From IMG/VR virus record IMGVR_UViG_3300038318_000158, positions 1 through 33,402 of that record: 33,402 nt of DNA; one strand, given 5' to 3'. A program made the translations under genes and the position numbers. Positions 16,296 to 24,982 of the stretch are shown here, piece after piece (position 1 is the stretch's first letter; each line of letters starts with the position of its first letter). This stretch comes from a virus (taxonomy: Duplodnaviria; Caudoviricetes). The notes beneath the pieces are model-generated. The model was given only the letters and a program-made list of their open reading frames with translations. It did no database searches and was not told the DNA's origin.

Positions 16296-19063
16296 TATCT
16301 ACGCCCCTTTGTTAACCTTGCTAATTCCTTAGATGTATAAGGTGTAATAGTTCTTGCTACTTCTCTACCATCTATTTCTATTACTGTATAGACATTGCCT
16401 TGCATTTGATTAGATTTAGAATTTGCATCGTCTTCAACGGTACGCCTAGATACCCTATCTACATTACTGCTCGCACTTATTTGCACACCTAGTTTTGCAG
16501 TTTCAAGGTCTACAGTTGCCTTCATTTGTTTAGTTAATGATGACATTTCTTTGTCTACAGTATTGTTTAACTCTGGTGTCTCATCTTCTATGCCTACGCC
16601 TATACCTAATATTAAGTTACGCCCTATAACATCCTCCATTAGCTTGGATGGTGAATGTATCTTGAAAAAGTCTTTAAACTTCTTAACAAGCCCTTTAGCA
16701 AATCCTGCTATCTGCTTACCTATCCAACCTGTCAAACTTGCTATACCCGACCATAAACCTTTTACAAATTGTTTTCCTATTCCAGGCATTCCTGTAAATA
16801 TATTCTTCACTGCCCTCATAGCTGCAATACTTATCTGTCTAGCTGTACCACTTAAATTGCCTGTCATACTACTTATTCCGTTTCTAAGCCAACTTATAAA
16901 ATTTTTACCCATGCTAGGGGCATTTTTAAAAATTCCTAAGATAGCATTCCATGCCGCCTTAGCTAAACTTCCTGCCGAGCTTGCTAGGCTCCCTAACATG
17001 CTCATAATTCCATTAATCAACCATCTTATAAACCCTTTACCTAGGCTTGGAGCATCTTTGAATATTCCTTTTATTGCTTCCCATCCTGCTTTAGCTACTT
17101 CCTTACCCGCCTCAGCTATTTTGCCAGGCATTTTTTTAATTCCATCTTTTAGCCAAGTCATTATATTGCTGCCTAGTTTTGCCCAATTGTACATAGTAAT
17201 TACGTTTACAATAGCCCTAACTATAGCAGGTATATTAGCTATTAAAGTTGGTATTGATTGAATGATTCCCATAATTAACATCCCTATAAGCTGTATACCT
17301 GCTTGTATTATTTGCGGCAGATTTTCTATAATAGCATCAAAAAATGCATTTATAATCCTAGGCACGTGTTCAATTAAAGTAGGTAAATTTTCAATTAACC
17401 CTTGTACTATTGCAAGTATAATTTGCAATCCTGCTTCTATTAACATAGGTAAATTTTCAATAATTGTATCAGATAACATTATTACTAAGTCTATGAATTG
17501 AGTGATTAGTTCAGGTAACATTTCTGCAATACCTTGTGCTAGCATAACTATGATTTGAATACCACTCTCTAGCATAATAGGTAGATTTTGAACTATAGAA
17601 TTAACTATGGTCATAATCACATTTTGAGATTGAGCTATTAATTCAGGTAACATTTTTACAAAACCTTGCATAAATCCTGTCAACATTTCAATCCCTAATA
17701 CTATCATTTCAGGAAGCACTGTTAAAAAAGCATTCACAAAGCTTTGTAGTATATCTAAAGTAGCTTGAATCAATTGTTCTTTATTGTTTTTTATCCCATT
17801 GATAAAAGATAACATTAAATCTGTACCTGTATCTAACATTTTAGGAATAAATTCTGCAACCTTAGTTAGCATATCAGCCAACATGCTACCTATTTCTTCA
17901 ACAAATCCTTCTATGCCACCTTGTTCAAATGCATCAGCTAGTTGTTGTACCATCTCTATAGCTGTTCCGATTCCACCTCTAAATGATTCTTTTAGTCCAT
18001 CACCTACAGATTTAGCTAAATCGTCTATATTATTTTTTAGAATCTGAATCATGGACTCGGTTGTCTCGTATCTTTGACTTGCTTCATCTGCTAGAGCTGT
18101 ATTCTCTTCCCATGCCTTTGCACTCATTCCAAGAGCATCTGTTAAAACATCACTTGCTCCCGATAGCCTTAAAAGTGTATCAATTTCTTGAACAGAGTTT
18201 ATCCCTAATTCCTTAAGCATAGTGGTAACATCTCCACCGCTTGCATTTACTTCATCTAGACCATTTATAAATGCTGTTATCGCTTCGGCTGGCTTATCCT
18301 TCCACGCTTTGCTAAATTCATCTGAACTCATTCCTGATATTTCTGCAAATTTAGAAAGATTCTTTCCGCCTGATAAAACTTCTGTATTTATCTTCTGCAT
18401 GACCCTAGACATACTAGAGCCACCCGCCTCTGCGTTTATTCCAACAGATGACATTGCGCCTGCTAAGGCTAACATTTCATGTTCAGTTAATCCGACTTGC
18501 GAAGCTGTACCAGCAAGCCTTAGTCCCATTTCTACAATTTCAGCTTCTGTTGTAGCTAGGTTATTGCCTAATTCAACAATAGTGCTACCAAGCCTATCAA
18601 AGTCGTTTTGGCTCATCCCTGTTATATTAGCTAGTCTTGCAAGAGCAGTAGCAGCTTGGTCGCTGCTCATATTAGTTGCATCACCAAGCATAACCATGGT
18701 CTCAGTAAATCCTAAAATATTTTCAGTTCTAATTCCTAATTGTCCTGCTGCCTCTGCTACCTCTGCTATAGCACTGGCCGACTGTGGCATTTTTTTTGAC
18801 ATATCCCTTATGCCTTTTTCAAGCATTGCAAATTCAGCTTCAGTTGCATCAATCGTTTTACGAACTCCAGCAAACGCAGATTCAAAATCAATACTGGCTT
18901 TAAGAGTATATCCTCCCATTGCAGTTAAAGCAGCACCAGTAGCAACTATACCTTTTGCAACTACTTTCATAGCCGTTGTACCAGTAGATTTAAGCTTGCT
19001 CATTCCTTTTTTAAACCCTTTATCGTCAACCTTAGTATCAAAAATTAAAGAGCCATCTGCCAT
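16295..19063 (-). CDS. tape measure protein, TP901-family core
   Basis: SIDFESAFAGVRKT, EAGGSSMSRV, amphipathic repeats, KIHSPSK, IDGREVA. Confidence 0.95.
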   Translation of the reverse strand: MADGSLIFDTKVDDKGFKKGMSKLKSTGTTAMKVVAKGIVATGAALTAMGGYTLKASIDFESAFAGVRKTIDATEAEFAMLEKGIRDMSKKMPQSASAIAEVAEAAGQLGIRTENILGFTETMVMLGDATNMSSDQAATALARLANITGMSQNDFDRLGSTIVELGNNLATTEAEIVEMGLRLAGTASQVGLTEHEMLALAGAMSSVGINAEAGGSSMSRVMQKINTEVLSGGKNLSKFAEISGMSSDEFSKAWKDKPAEAITAFINGLDEVNASGGDVTTMLKELGINSVQEIDTLLRLSGASDVLTDALGMSAKAWEENTALADEASQRYETTESMIQILKNNIDDLAKSVGDGLKESFRGGIGTAIEMVQQLADAFEQGGIEGFVEEIGSMLADMLTKVAEFIPKMLDTGTDLMLSFINGIKNNKEQLIQATLDILQSFVNAFLTVLPEMIVLGIEMLTGFMQGFVKMLPELIAQSQNVIMTIVNSIVQNLPIMLESGIQIIVMLAQGIAEMLPELITQFIDLVIMLSDTIIENLPMLIEAGLQIILAIVQGLIENLPTLIEHVPRIINAFFDAIIENLPQIIQAGIQLIGMLIMGIIQSIPTLIANIPAIVRAIVNVITMYNWAKLGSNIMTWLKDGIKKMPGKIAEAGKEVAKAGWEAIKGIFKDAPSLGKGFIRWLINGIMSMLGSLASSAGSLAKAAWNAILGIFKNAPSMGKNFISWLRNGISSMTGNLSGTARQISIAAMRAVKNIFTGMPGIGKQFVKGLWSGIASLTGWIGKQIAGFAKGLVKKFKDFFKIHSPSKLMEDVIGRNLILGIGVGIEDETPELNNTVDKEMSSLTKQMKATVDLETAKLGVQISASSNVDRVSRRTVEDDANSKSNQMQGNVYTVIEIDGREVARTITPYTSKELARLTKGRR

Positions 19064-19107
19064 ATTCTCACCTACCTTTCAGGCTCGAATAGCGGCTCAA
19101 TGGCTCA
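19050..19107 (-). promoter_or_regulatory. three GAGCC repeats upstream of the tape-measure RBS, with complementary GGCTC in codons 4-5
   Basis: GGCTC on plus at 19082-86, 19094-98 and 19102-06; GAGCC on plus at 19050-54. Confidence 0.7.
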
Positions 19108-19111
19108 CAAA

Positions 19112-19243
19112 CTATTCAATATTTATTTCAATTTCTTTTTTGCAATTTTTACACTTTATATAAAGTCTCTCGCTTTTACCTTTTACTTCATCATATTTTA
19201 ATAATTTTTGCTTGCAATTAGGACATCTAAACCACGTTTTCAC
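19112..19243 (-). CDS. Mu Com-like zinc-finger protein (43 aa, MKTWFRCPNCKQKLLKYDEVKGKSERLYIKCKNCKKEIEINIE), not in ORF track
   Basis: Manual translation; RCxxCxxxL...IKCxxC pattern; GTG start with GAGGTG RBS. Confidence 0.8.
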   Translation of the reverse strand: MKTWFRCPNCKQKLLKYDEVKGKSERLYIKCKNCKKEIEINIE

Positions 19244-19271
19244 ACCGTTTTATCACCTCGTTTTAAACATG

Positions 19272-19297
19272 AAAAAAGCAACCCATTTAAGGTTGCT
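19272..19297 (-). terminator. terminator after the PH-domain moron
   Basis: AGCAACC / GGTTGCT stem plus T-run on minus. Confidence 0.8.
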
Positions 19298-19727
19298 ATA
19301 TATTATCTGCTAATACTTTACAGAATTCTTTTATCCCGCTGTCAAAGTTAGCATCTATTGTTATGCTAGGCTCATCTCCACCGGTAAATATTTTTAATTT
19401 CGTCTTAGTTGAAAATCCTGTCGGCATTGTTAATGCATATGAAGTTATTCGATTGTAAGGTATCATAGCATAAGTCGTATTCTTTGCTATTTTCAAATCT
19501 ACATATATTAATTTCTTGTTAGTTGCTACCATTTTATCATTCCAAAATTTATGAACAAATAAGACTTTTTCATCCCTGCCTAGCAACATTTCAACTTCTT
19601 TAGCTGCTGATTCTATATTATCATTTTCTTTCTTATCTTTTTTAGCTGCAAACTCTTCCGCCCATTCATCAGGTGTTTTGTTTGCTAATTTTTCTGTACT
19701 TTCCTTTAAACCTTCAAAGAATCCCAT
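19296..19727 (-). CDS. bacterial PH-domain (bPH_1-like) moron protein
   Basis: LL..DEKV......DKMVATNKKLIYVD......IPY..I pattern; own extended -10 near 19750-19758 and own terminator. Confidence 0.75.
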   Translation of the reverse strand: MGFFEGLKESTEKLANKTPDEWAEEFAAKKDKKENDNIESAAKEVEMLLGRDEKVLFVHKFWNDKMVATNKKLIYVDLKIAKNTTYAMIPYNRITSYALTMPTGFSTKTKLKIFTGGDEPSITIDANFDSGIKEFCKVLADNI

Positions 19728-19776
19728 TTTCATTCCTCCCTTTTTATATAGTATATCATAAAATTGCACCAATATA

Positions 19777-20361
19777 CTAAAAAAGGCTAAGAGTTTGTTG
19801 AAATTCTAGTTCTTTTTCTTCCTCTGTCCTGTTATCAGGTAGTTTGTAGAGTTCTTTTAATTTTCTGTAATATCTTTTCTGCTCCTTGCTCATGTTACTA
19901 TCAATTTCCATGCTTCTTATGTTCATTATCTCAACAATCCTATTAGACGCTTCTAAACCCTTAAATAGAGCTTTAAATTCCCACCAATGTAAATAGTCGA
20001 TACGTTGTAAATTAATGCCGTATTGGCTCAAATAAGCGGCGAATATAAGTTCGTCATCATATTTAAAAGAATAAATCTGCTCTTTTTTACTGTAAGATTG
20101 ATTTTCTTCTTCTGCATCTGTATTTTCTATATCTTTCCCACATCTATAGAACCATAGCATTTTTTCTATAGCTCTTGGGATATTAGGAGGAATGTCGGGA
20201 TAATAAAGGTTTAAAGCTGTTTCTATTTTTTCTCTTTCCGTTAGAGTATTGTCTTGCATTAATAATTCAAACATTATACTTATCCTAAAATCTGTATTTA
20301 TTTCATAGTTTACACCGTCTATTTCTACAAATTCTGGTACTTCATCTATTAAGATATTCAT
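19777..20361 (-). CDS. Gp15-family tail assembly protein (A118 gp15-like)
   Basis: INTDFR, YSFKYDDELIFAAYLSQYGINL, LHWWEFKALF. Confidence 0.9.
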   Translation of the reverse strand: MNILIDEVPEFVEIDGVNYEINTDFRISIMFELLMQDNTLTEREKIETALNLYYPDIPPNIPRAIEKMLWFYRCGKDIENTDAEEENQSYSKKEQIYSFKYDDELIFAAYLSQYGINLQRIDYLHWWEFKALFKGLEASNRIVEIMNIRSMEIDSNMSKEQKRYYRKLKELYKLPDNRTEEEKELEFQQTLSLF

Positions 20362-20363
20362 TG

Positions 20364-20750
20364 TTACTTTTTAGCTCTTCTTTCAGCTCTATTAGGAGAG
20401 TATTGCTGCAATTTACTATTCCTAGCTTGTTGTATTTCTGCTGTTACAAAGTTTATTATGTCTATACAATCAAAAAAGTTTATTTTTCTGTCTTTAAATA
20501 TTTTTTTAGTTGCCCCTTCTCCTAGTATAATGTCTATAGAGTTCACGCATATTTGTATCATCTCTTCCATAGCTTTAGCATTGCCAATTTCTTTAGCTCT
20601 TTCCTCTGCTTTATTGGCATATTCTTGCATATTCTTTCCGCATTCTTCAGCGCTTTCAATCAATTCAGGGCTTGTAGTATCTATTTTAAATATTTCCCCT
20701 GCTATATCTAATTCTAATAAATTTTTACCAAATTCAAACTTTTTAACCAT
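20364..20750 (-). CDS. tail assembly chaperone
   Basis: Between tail tube and gp15; IDIILGEGATKKIF, NRAERRA. Confidence 0.8.
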   Translation of the reverse strand: MVKKFEFGKNLLELDIAGEIFKIDTTSPELIESAEECGKNMQEYANKAEERAKEIGNAKAMEEMIQICVNSIDIILGEGATKKIFKDRKINFFDCIDIINFVTAEIQQARNSKLQQYSPNRAERRAKK

Positions 20751-20763
20751 GTATTATTCCCCC

Positions 20764-21267
20764 TTATATAGTTGTCCCATCTTCGACAAATGTACAAGTT
20801 TGCCATTCATCTGTAGAAGTTGCTTCACCTTCTATAATATCGCCTTTAGACTTAAAAGTGCCAGTATGTTTATATGCTTCGTTCCCATCACCTTCACCTT
20901 CTGGCACTACTGCATATTCTCTTATTCTAGCTTTAAAGCTTCCTTCAGTTGTTCCTGGTTCTGTAAAATTCACAGTACATAAAGTTACATTTGCATCATC
21001 GCCTAATAATTCTTTATCAAATATTTCGACTATTCTTTGATGTACTTCGTCATTTGTATGTCTATCCATTTCAAATTCTATAGACTCACTCATTGAAACT
21101 ACATCAGTTCTTTTAGATTTTTCATCATAATATTGTCTTTCGTATTCCTCGGGTTCTTTTGATTTACTCATAGTTGGAAAATACTTCATTCTATTGAAAG
21201 TTTCCATAGTTCCAACTTTCATAAAATTAACTATATCTGAACGTTTAACTAATTTAACTTTATCCAT
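20764..21267 (-). CDS. major tail (tube) protein
   Basis: Synteny; EEYERQYYDEKS..TDV pattern. Confidence 0.8.
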   Translation of the reverse strand: MDKVKLVKRSDIVNFMKVGTMETFNRMKYFPTMSKSKEPEEYERQYYDEKSKRTDVVSMSESIEFEMDRHTNDEVHQRIVEIFDKELLGDDANVTLCTVNFTEPGTTEGSFKARIREYAVVPEGEGDGNEAYKHTGTFKSKGDIIEGEATSTDEWQTCTFVEDGTTI

Positions 21268-21282
21268 TCTATCTACCTCCTA

Positions 21283-21699
21283 TTAATCTTCATAGTAAAC
21301 TAACCTACATTGTATTTGATACCTAGCTGAATCCTCTGTAGCTGTAAAAAGATAGCCGGATGTTAGACTTTCAATCTTGATAGGTCTCTTGCCATCTTCT
21401 AGAATAGGTAAATTGCCTTTTTCTGTTTGCTCTTCAAACCATCTAGATATTTTTTCATAGAATCCACTATTTTCTATGTTTTGTAGTTTATCTGCTCCAT
21501 AGTATTCCCTACTACCAAATACAAATACAAACTGCTTTATCTTCCCACCATCTGCATACACTTCTAAAACCTCTGTAGTCGGTTGACTGTCTATTGTGTA
21601 CTCGGTAGGATTAACTCCTAGATAATCTACTCCTACCCGCCCATATTCATCTAGAAATGGACAAGTAAGCATATAATTTCTTATACTATCTATTATCAT
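21283..21699 (-). CDS. tail terminator / Minor_capsid_3-like protein
   Basis: Synteny; ARYQIQCRLVY C-terminus. Confidence 0.75.
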   Translation of the reverse strand: MIIDSIRNYMLTCPFLDEYGRVGVDYLGVNPTEYTIDSQPTTEVLEVYADGGKIKQFVFVFGSREYYGADKLQNIENSGFYEKISRWFEEQTEKGNLPILEDGKRPIKIESLTSGYLFTATEDSARYQIQCRLVYYED

Positions 21700-22055
21700 T
21701 TTCCTTTTGCACCTGCCATCTTAGCAGCCCCTTTCAGTATTTCGCCCCTATGACTCCCTTTCATTCTTTCAAACCACTTGCCACCACGCATTGGAGCGCC
21801 TTGAAAATTGTATTGTGGATTATAATAGAGTCTACGTGCATAAGGGGTTCTATATCTTACATTGCCGCTTCCTATTTTAGTATGCCTTGTACCGCTTTGT
21901 TTGAGTTGTCCAGAATCCATAGGGACATAAGGGTCGCATTTTCTTAGTACTTCACTGTCTATATATTTTTGTACCTTGCCTTGAGCTTCTAGCCCTCTCT
22001 TAGCCATTAGGACCTGCAATTCTTTTATCTCCATTCTAGCCTTAAAATCCATCAT
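21696..22055 (-). CDS. Minor_capsid_2-family neck/tail completion protein
   Basis: DPYVPMDSGQL, TPYARRLYY, GGKWFERMK. Confidence 0.85.
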   Translation of the reverse strand: MMDFKARMEIKELQVLMAKRGLEAQGKVQKYIDSEVLRKCDPYVPMDSGQLKQSGTRHTKIGSGNVRYRTPYARRLYYNPQYNFQGAPMRGGKWFERMKGSHRGEILKGAAKMAGAKGK

Positions 22056-22462
22056 CTAGCACCTACTTCCCAATGTCTCATATGCGGACTGCCAAAATCC
22101 TTAGTATCTACAGATGTAATTGTAAAGGCCTCATATTGTTTGTCTAAATCTGATACTTTTCCTGTTATTTCAAAATCTATCTCGCCTTGTACTATTCTAT
22201 CCTCTTCCTTTAATGTGAAATGATTAGATTTATCGTCTAATCTTTCAAACTCTTTAGGAGCTATATATTGCCTGTTTGAGCTAACTGTAAAAGGTATTGC
22301 TATTAATACTTCATCTGCATTTTCTAGTCCACTTTGTAACCTATTCATAGCCTTTTTACAGTCCCAAAACACACCATACAAAACTGTTCTCTGATATTTA
22401 TTTGTTCTAGTAGCCTTGTCGAAGTAGCTGTTGTAAATTGTTATATTCGAATTAGTATACAT
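22052..22462 (-). CDS. head-closure / Minor_capsid_1-like protein
   Basis: Synteny; ITSVDTKDFGS..HWEV. Confidence 0.75.
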   Translation of the reverse strand: MYTNSNITIYNSYFDKATRTNKYQRTVLYGVFWDCKKAMNRLQSGLENADEVLIAIPFTVSSNRQYIAPKEFERLDDKSNHFTLKEEDRIVQGEIDFEITGKVSDLDKQYEAFTITSVDTKDFGSPHMRHWEVGAR

Positions 22463-22463
22463 A

Positions 22464-22814
22464 TTAAACACCCCTATAAAGCAGCCCTGTATGCCCTAGC
22501 CACTTCTTTACTATATCTTTTTGTCTATTTTGTATAGACTTTTCACTATCGTTTCCGACTGCATAAGTTACAGAATATGTTGCTACGCTTTCACTTGCAA
22601 TTTCTTTTCCATCTGTAGTCTGCAATCTATGCATTTCATCTATTAGTTCACATGCTGCATATTTTACATTATTATCTATAGTTTCAAGGTTTTTTAATCT
22701 GTTGAATGTGTAATAATCAATTATTTGAGTAGCTTTTATATTTAACTGTGTAAAGTCTTCCTCGAGAACTTTGCCACCCCAATTTGTTTTATAAAAATCA
22801 TAATCTAAATACAT
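22464..22814 (-). CDS. head-tail connector/adaptor
   Basis: YLDYDFY, IDYYTFNR, SESV..YSVTY, TGLLYRGV. Confidence 0.85.
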   Translation of the reverse strand: MYLDYDFYKTNWGGKVLEEDFTQLNIKATQIIDYYTFNRLKNLETIDNNVKYAACELIDEMHRLQTTDGKEIASESVATYSVTYAVGNDSEKSIQNRQKDIVKKWLGHTGLLYRGV

Positions 22815-23075
22815 CTAATCACCTCTTAGGGTTTCAATTAGTTCAGATTTAACCATATCGGAATACCCTACTATGCCTTTGTTTTTTGCCATCTCCCTTA
22901 GCTCTTTAACTGTACAATCTTCAAGATTTATTTCTTTTTCTGTTTCAACTTCATATCCTTTATTTTCAAACCATTGTATTAGCCATTTATTGCTTGTTTC
23001 GCCCTTACCATTTTTAAAGGATACACCAGCTATCTTGCCAGTGTACCCTTTATTTGGTGCATATATCTTAGCCAT
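22815..23075 (-). CDS. small head-associated protein with Rho_N/HeH-like C-terminal domain
   Basis: TVKELREMAKNKGI.GYS.M.KSELIE. Confidence 0.75.
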   Translation of the reverse strand: MAKIYAPNKGYTGKIAGVSFKNGKGETSNKWLIQWFENKGYEVETEKEINLEDCTVKELREMAKNKGIVGYSDMVKSELIETLRGD

Positions 23076-23077
23076 TA

Positions 23078-24064
23078 CTACATCACCTTAATATTTCTCA
23101 ATACTCCCGCTGCTCTAGTAGCTTTTAAAGCAACCGCTGCAACCATCTCAACCTCACCAGTTTTAACTGCTCCCGGTGCTTGTAGGTCAGGTAAATACGT
23201 GTTTATAACATTATTTCCAGTTATTGTTGCGCCGTGAAATCCGTCTAATCCAAGCCTAACTGCATATAGGTCAGTCAATCCAGTTGTTGGAGCTTCTCCT
23301 ACTGTTCTTTCTTCTATAGCAACGGTAGGCACTGTTATACCACTTTCATTCACATAGTAGTCTAAATCTAATAAAGGTATTCCGTCATAGGCTGATACCT
23401 TTCTACCAAATGCATCTTCACTTGCTGTCAAATATCCCGCTCTTCTTGCAACTGCTTTAATCTTAGTCATTAGCTTAGAGTTACCCATCAAGAACGTTGG
23501 CTTTCCGTCTAACTCTGCTAGGAAGTTATCTAGTTCATCTAAAAATCCAACATAGTTTTCATCTAAAGCCGCTGTAGTAGATAGGTCTAAAACTCTATCT
23601 GTTCCTATTTCAGTAGAAGTTCCTACAAGAGCCTTATCTAATCCATCAAAAGCTAGCTCGTCTACTGCACTATCTCCGTTTATTACTGTGTAGTGAAATA
23701 AGTTTGTAGCAGCCTTAATTTTTTGTTGTAATTGAAATTGTAATTCATCTACTGCACCACTTGTATTAATAATTACTCTATCTAGGTTAAAAGTACCTCC
23801 AAAGATTTTAAGAAATACTGTATGTGCTTCTCTAACTGCTTCGTTGTTCTCGTACTCTGCATTTATAGCTCTAAATCCTGCTCTAGATGGCGTTTTCAAT
23901 CTTTGATAGCCATATGCTAATGTACTTCCGCCTGTCCCCGGGGATACTGAATTATCGAATATCATCCTATCTAACAATAAACTCCCTCTTCTAAATTCAT
24001 CAATAACTTGTTGGTCTACCTTATCGGCCATACCTACTTTTGCTTGCTCTAATGTAATTGCCAT
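23078..24064 (-). CDS. major capsid protein
   Basis: After scaffold; MAITLEQAK, FRAINAEY, INGDSA...FDGL. Confidence 0.9.
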   Translation of the reverse strand: MAITLEQAKVGMADKVDQQVIDEFRRGSLLLDRMIFDNSVSPGTGGSTLAYGYQRLKTPSRAGFRAINAEYENNEAVREAHTVFLKIFGGTFNLDRVIINTSGAVDELQFQLQQKIKAATNLFHYTVINGDSAVDELAFDGLDKALVGTSTEIGTDRVLDLSTTAALDENYVGFLDELDNFLAELDGKPTFLMGNSKLMTKIKAVARRAGYLTASEDAFGRKVSAYDGIPLLDLDYYVNESGITVPTVAIEERTVGEAPTTGLTDLYAVRLGLDGFHGATITGNNVINTYLPDLQAPGAVKTGEVEMVAAVALKATRAAGVLRNIKVM

Positions 24065-24078
24065 TTAACATCTCTCCT

Positions 24079-24654
24079 TTACTCATTTTGATTATAATGT
24101 TGTGCTAATGCACTTCCTAAATCTGTTATTTCTGGTGTAGGGTCGTTTCCACCCGGTCTAACTATGTTTGGAGCTTTTTCTTTTTCCTCTACCTCGAATA
24201 AAAATTCATTATCTTCTTTAATCTTTTCTAGCTGTTCATCTAACCCTAATATTTTTTCATCTGTTAACTTTAAGTTTTCTAAATCTAACAAAGCCTTAAC
24301 TGCTTTAGTATTCTTTGCCTTAGCCCCATTTAAAGCTTTATCAACTTCATAGTCAAACTTAATTCTTTCTAGTTCTTTTTCTGCTTCCGTTTTAGCTGTT
24401 TCGTACTTTTCTTTATAGTCATCTGCTTTTTTCTTTACATCTTCTATGTCCATACCCTTAAATTCTTCTATTTGTTCATTTGCCTTCTCTAACTGCCCTT
24501 GCAAGGTTTCTAATTCTGTTTCTTTAGTTTTAAGTTCTGCTTCCTTCGCTTCTAAATCTCCTTTAGCCTTCTCTATATCCTTTCCATTTTCAGCCATTAT
24601 CTTGTCTATTACTTCATCTGTTAAATCTAATCCTTTTAAAAAATCTCTTTTCAT
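24079..24654 (-). CDS. scaffolding protein, Phage_GP20 family
   Basis: MKRDFLKGL...IMAENGKDIE, AKAKNTKAVKALLD, GLDEQL. Confidence 0.9.
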   Translation of the reverse strand: MKRDFLKGLDLTDEVIDKIMAENGKDIEKAKGDLEAKEAELKTKETELETLQGQLEKANEQIEEFKGMDIEDVKKKADDYKEKYETAKTEAEKELERIKFDYEVDKALNGAKAKNTKAVKALLDLENLKLTDEKILGLDEQLEKIKEDNEFLFEVEEKEKAPNIVRPGGNDPTPEITDLGSALAQHYNQNE

Positions 24655-24660
24655 TCTTAT

Positions 24661-24784
24661 ATTCTCCTTTCATCTACGCTGTTTTACGTGAGTTGCCTTC
24701 ACTTGATTAGTCAATGTATCGTCTTGACTTACGAATCTTAAACATAAAAAATAGACCTGTTTAATGACTGTTGTCTAAAGTCAA
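24661..24784 (-). ncRNA. candidate structured cis-regulatory leader upstream of the scaffold gene
   Basis: Several short stems, two sets interleaved like pseudoknots (see findings). Confidence 0.4.
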
Positions 24785-24982
24785 TCATTGGAACTGATTA
24801 ATATTTAATTCATCTATATCTATTTCTAATTTTACATACGTTCTTTCAGTCTTATCTATTACCTTTAGATCTGTTATTTTCTTTATTTCTTGGCCATTTA
24901 AAAACAATTCATAAAATGGTCTTTCTCCACCTTTTTTCCTGTTTACAACTAATTTATTCGTATTAGTACTCAATAGACTCAC
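24785..24982 (-). CDS. hypothetical protein (65 aa)
   Basis: ORF track; GTGA overlap with the minor capsid stop. Confidence 0.6.
   Translation of the reverse strand: MSLLSTNTNKLVVNRKKGGERPFYELFLNGQEIKKITDLKVIDKTERTYVKLEIDIDELNINQFQ

Noticed and set aside
16551-19163. Long plus-strand ORFs (236 aa, 313 aa and others) opposite the tape measure, and similar ones opposite the tail spike, terS and portal
   Set aside because: Antisense shadows of real genes: Ser/Ile/Phe-rich, no RBS, no recognisable motifs
23070-23095. Frameshift fusing the major capsid to the downstream Rho_N-like protein
   Set aside because: No slippery sequence, and the downstream gene has its own AAGGTGA RBS
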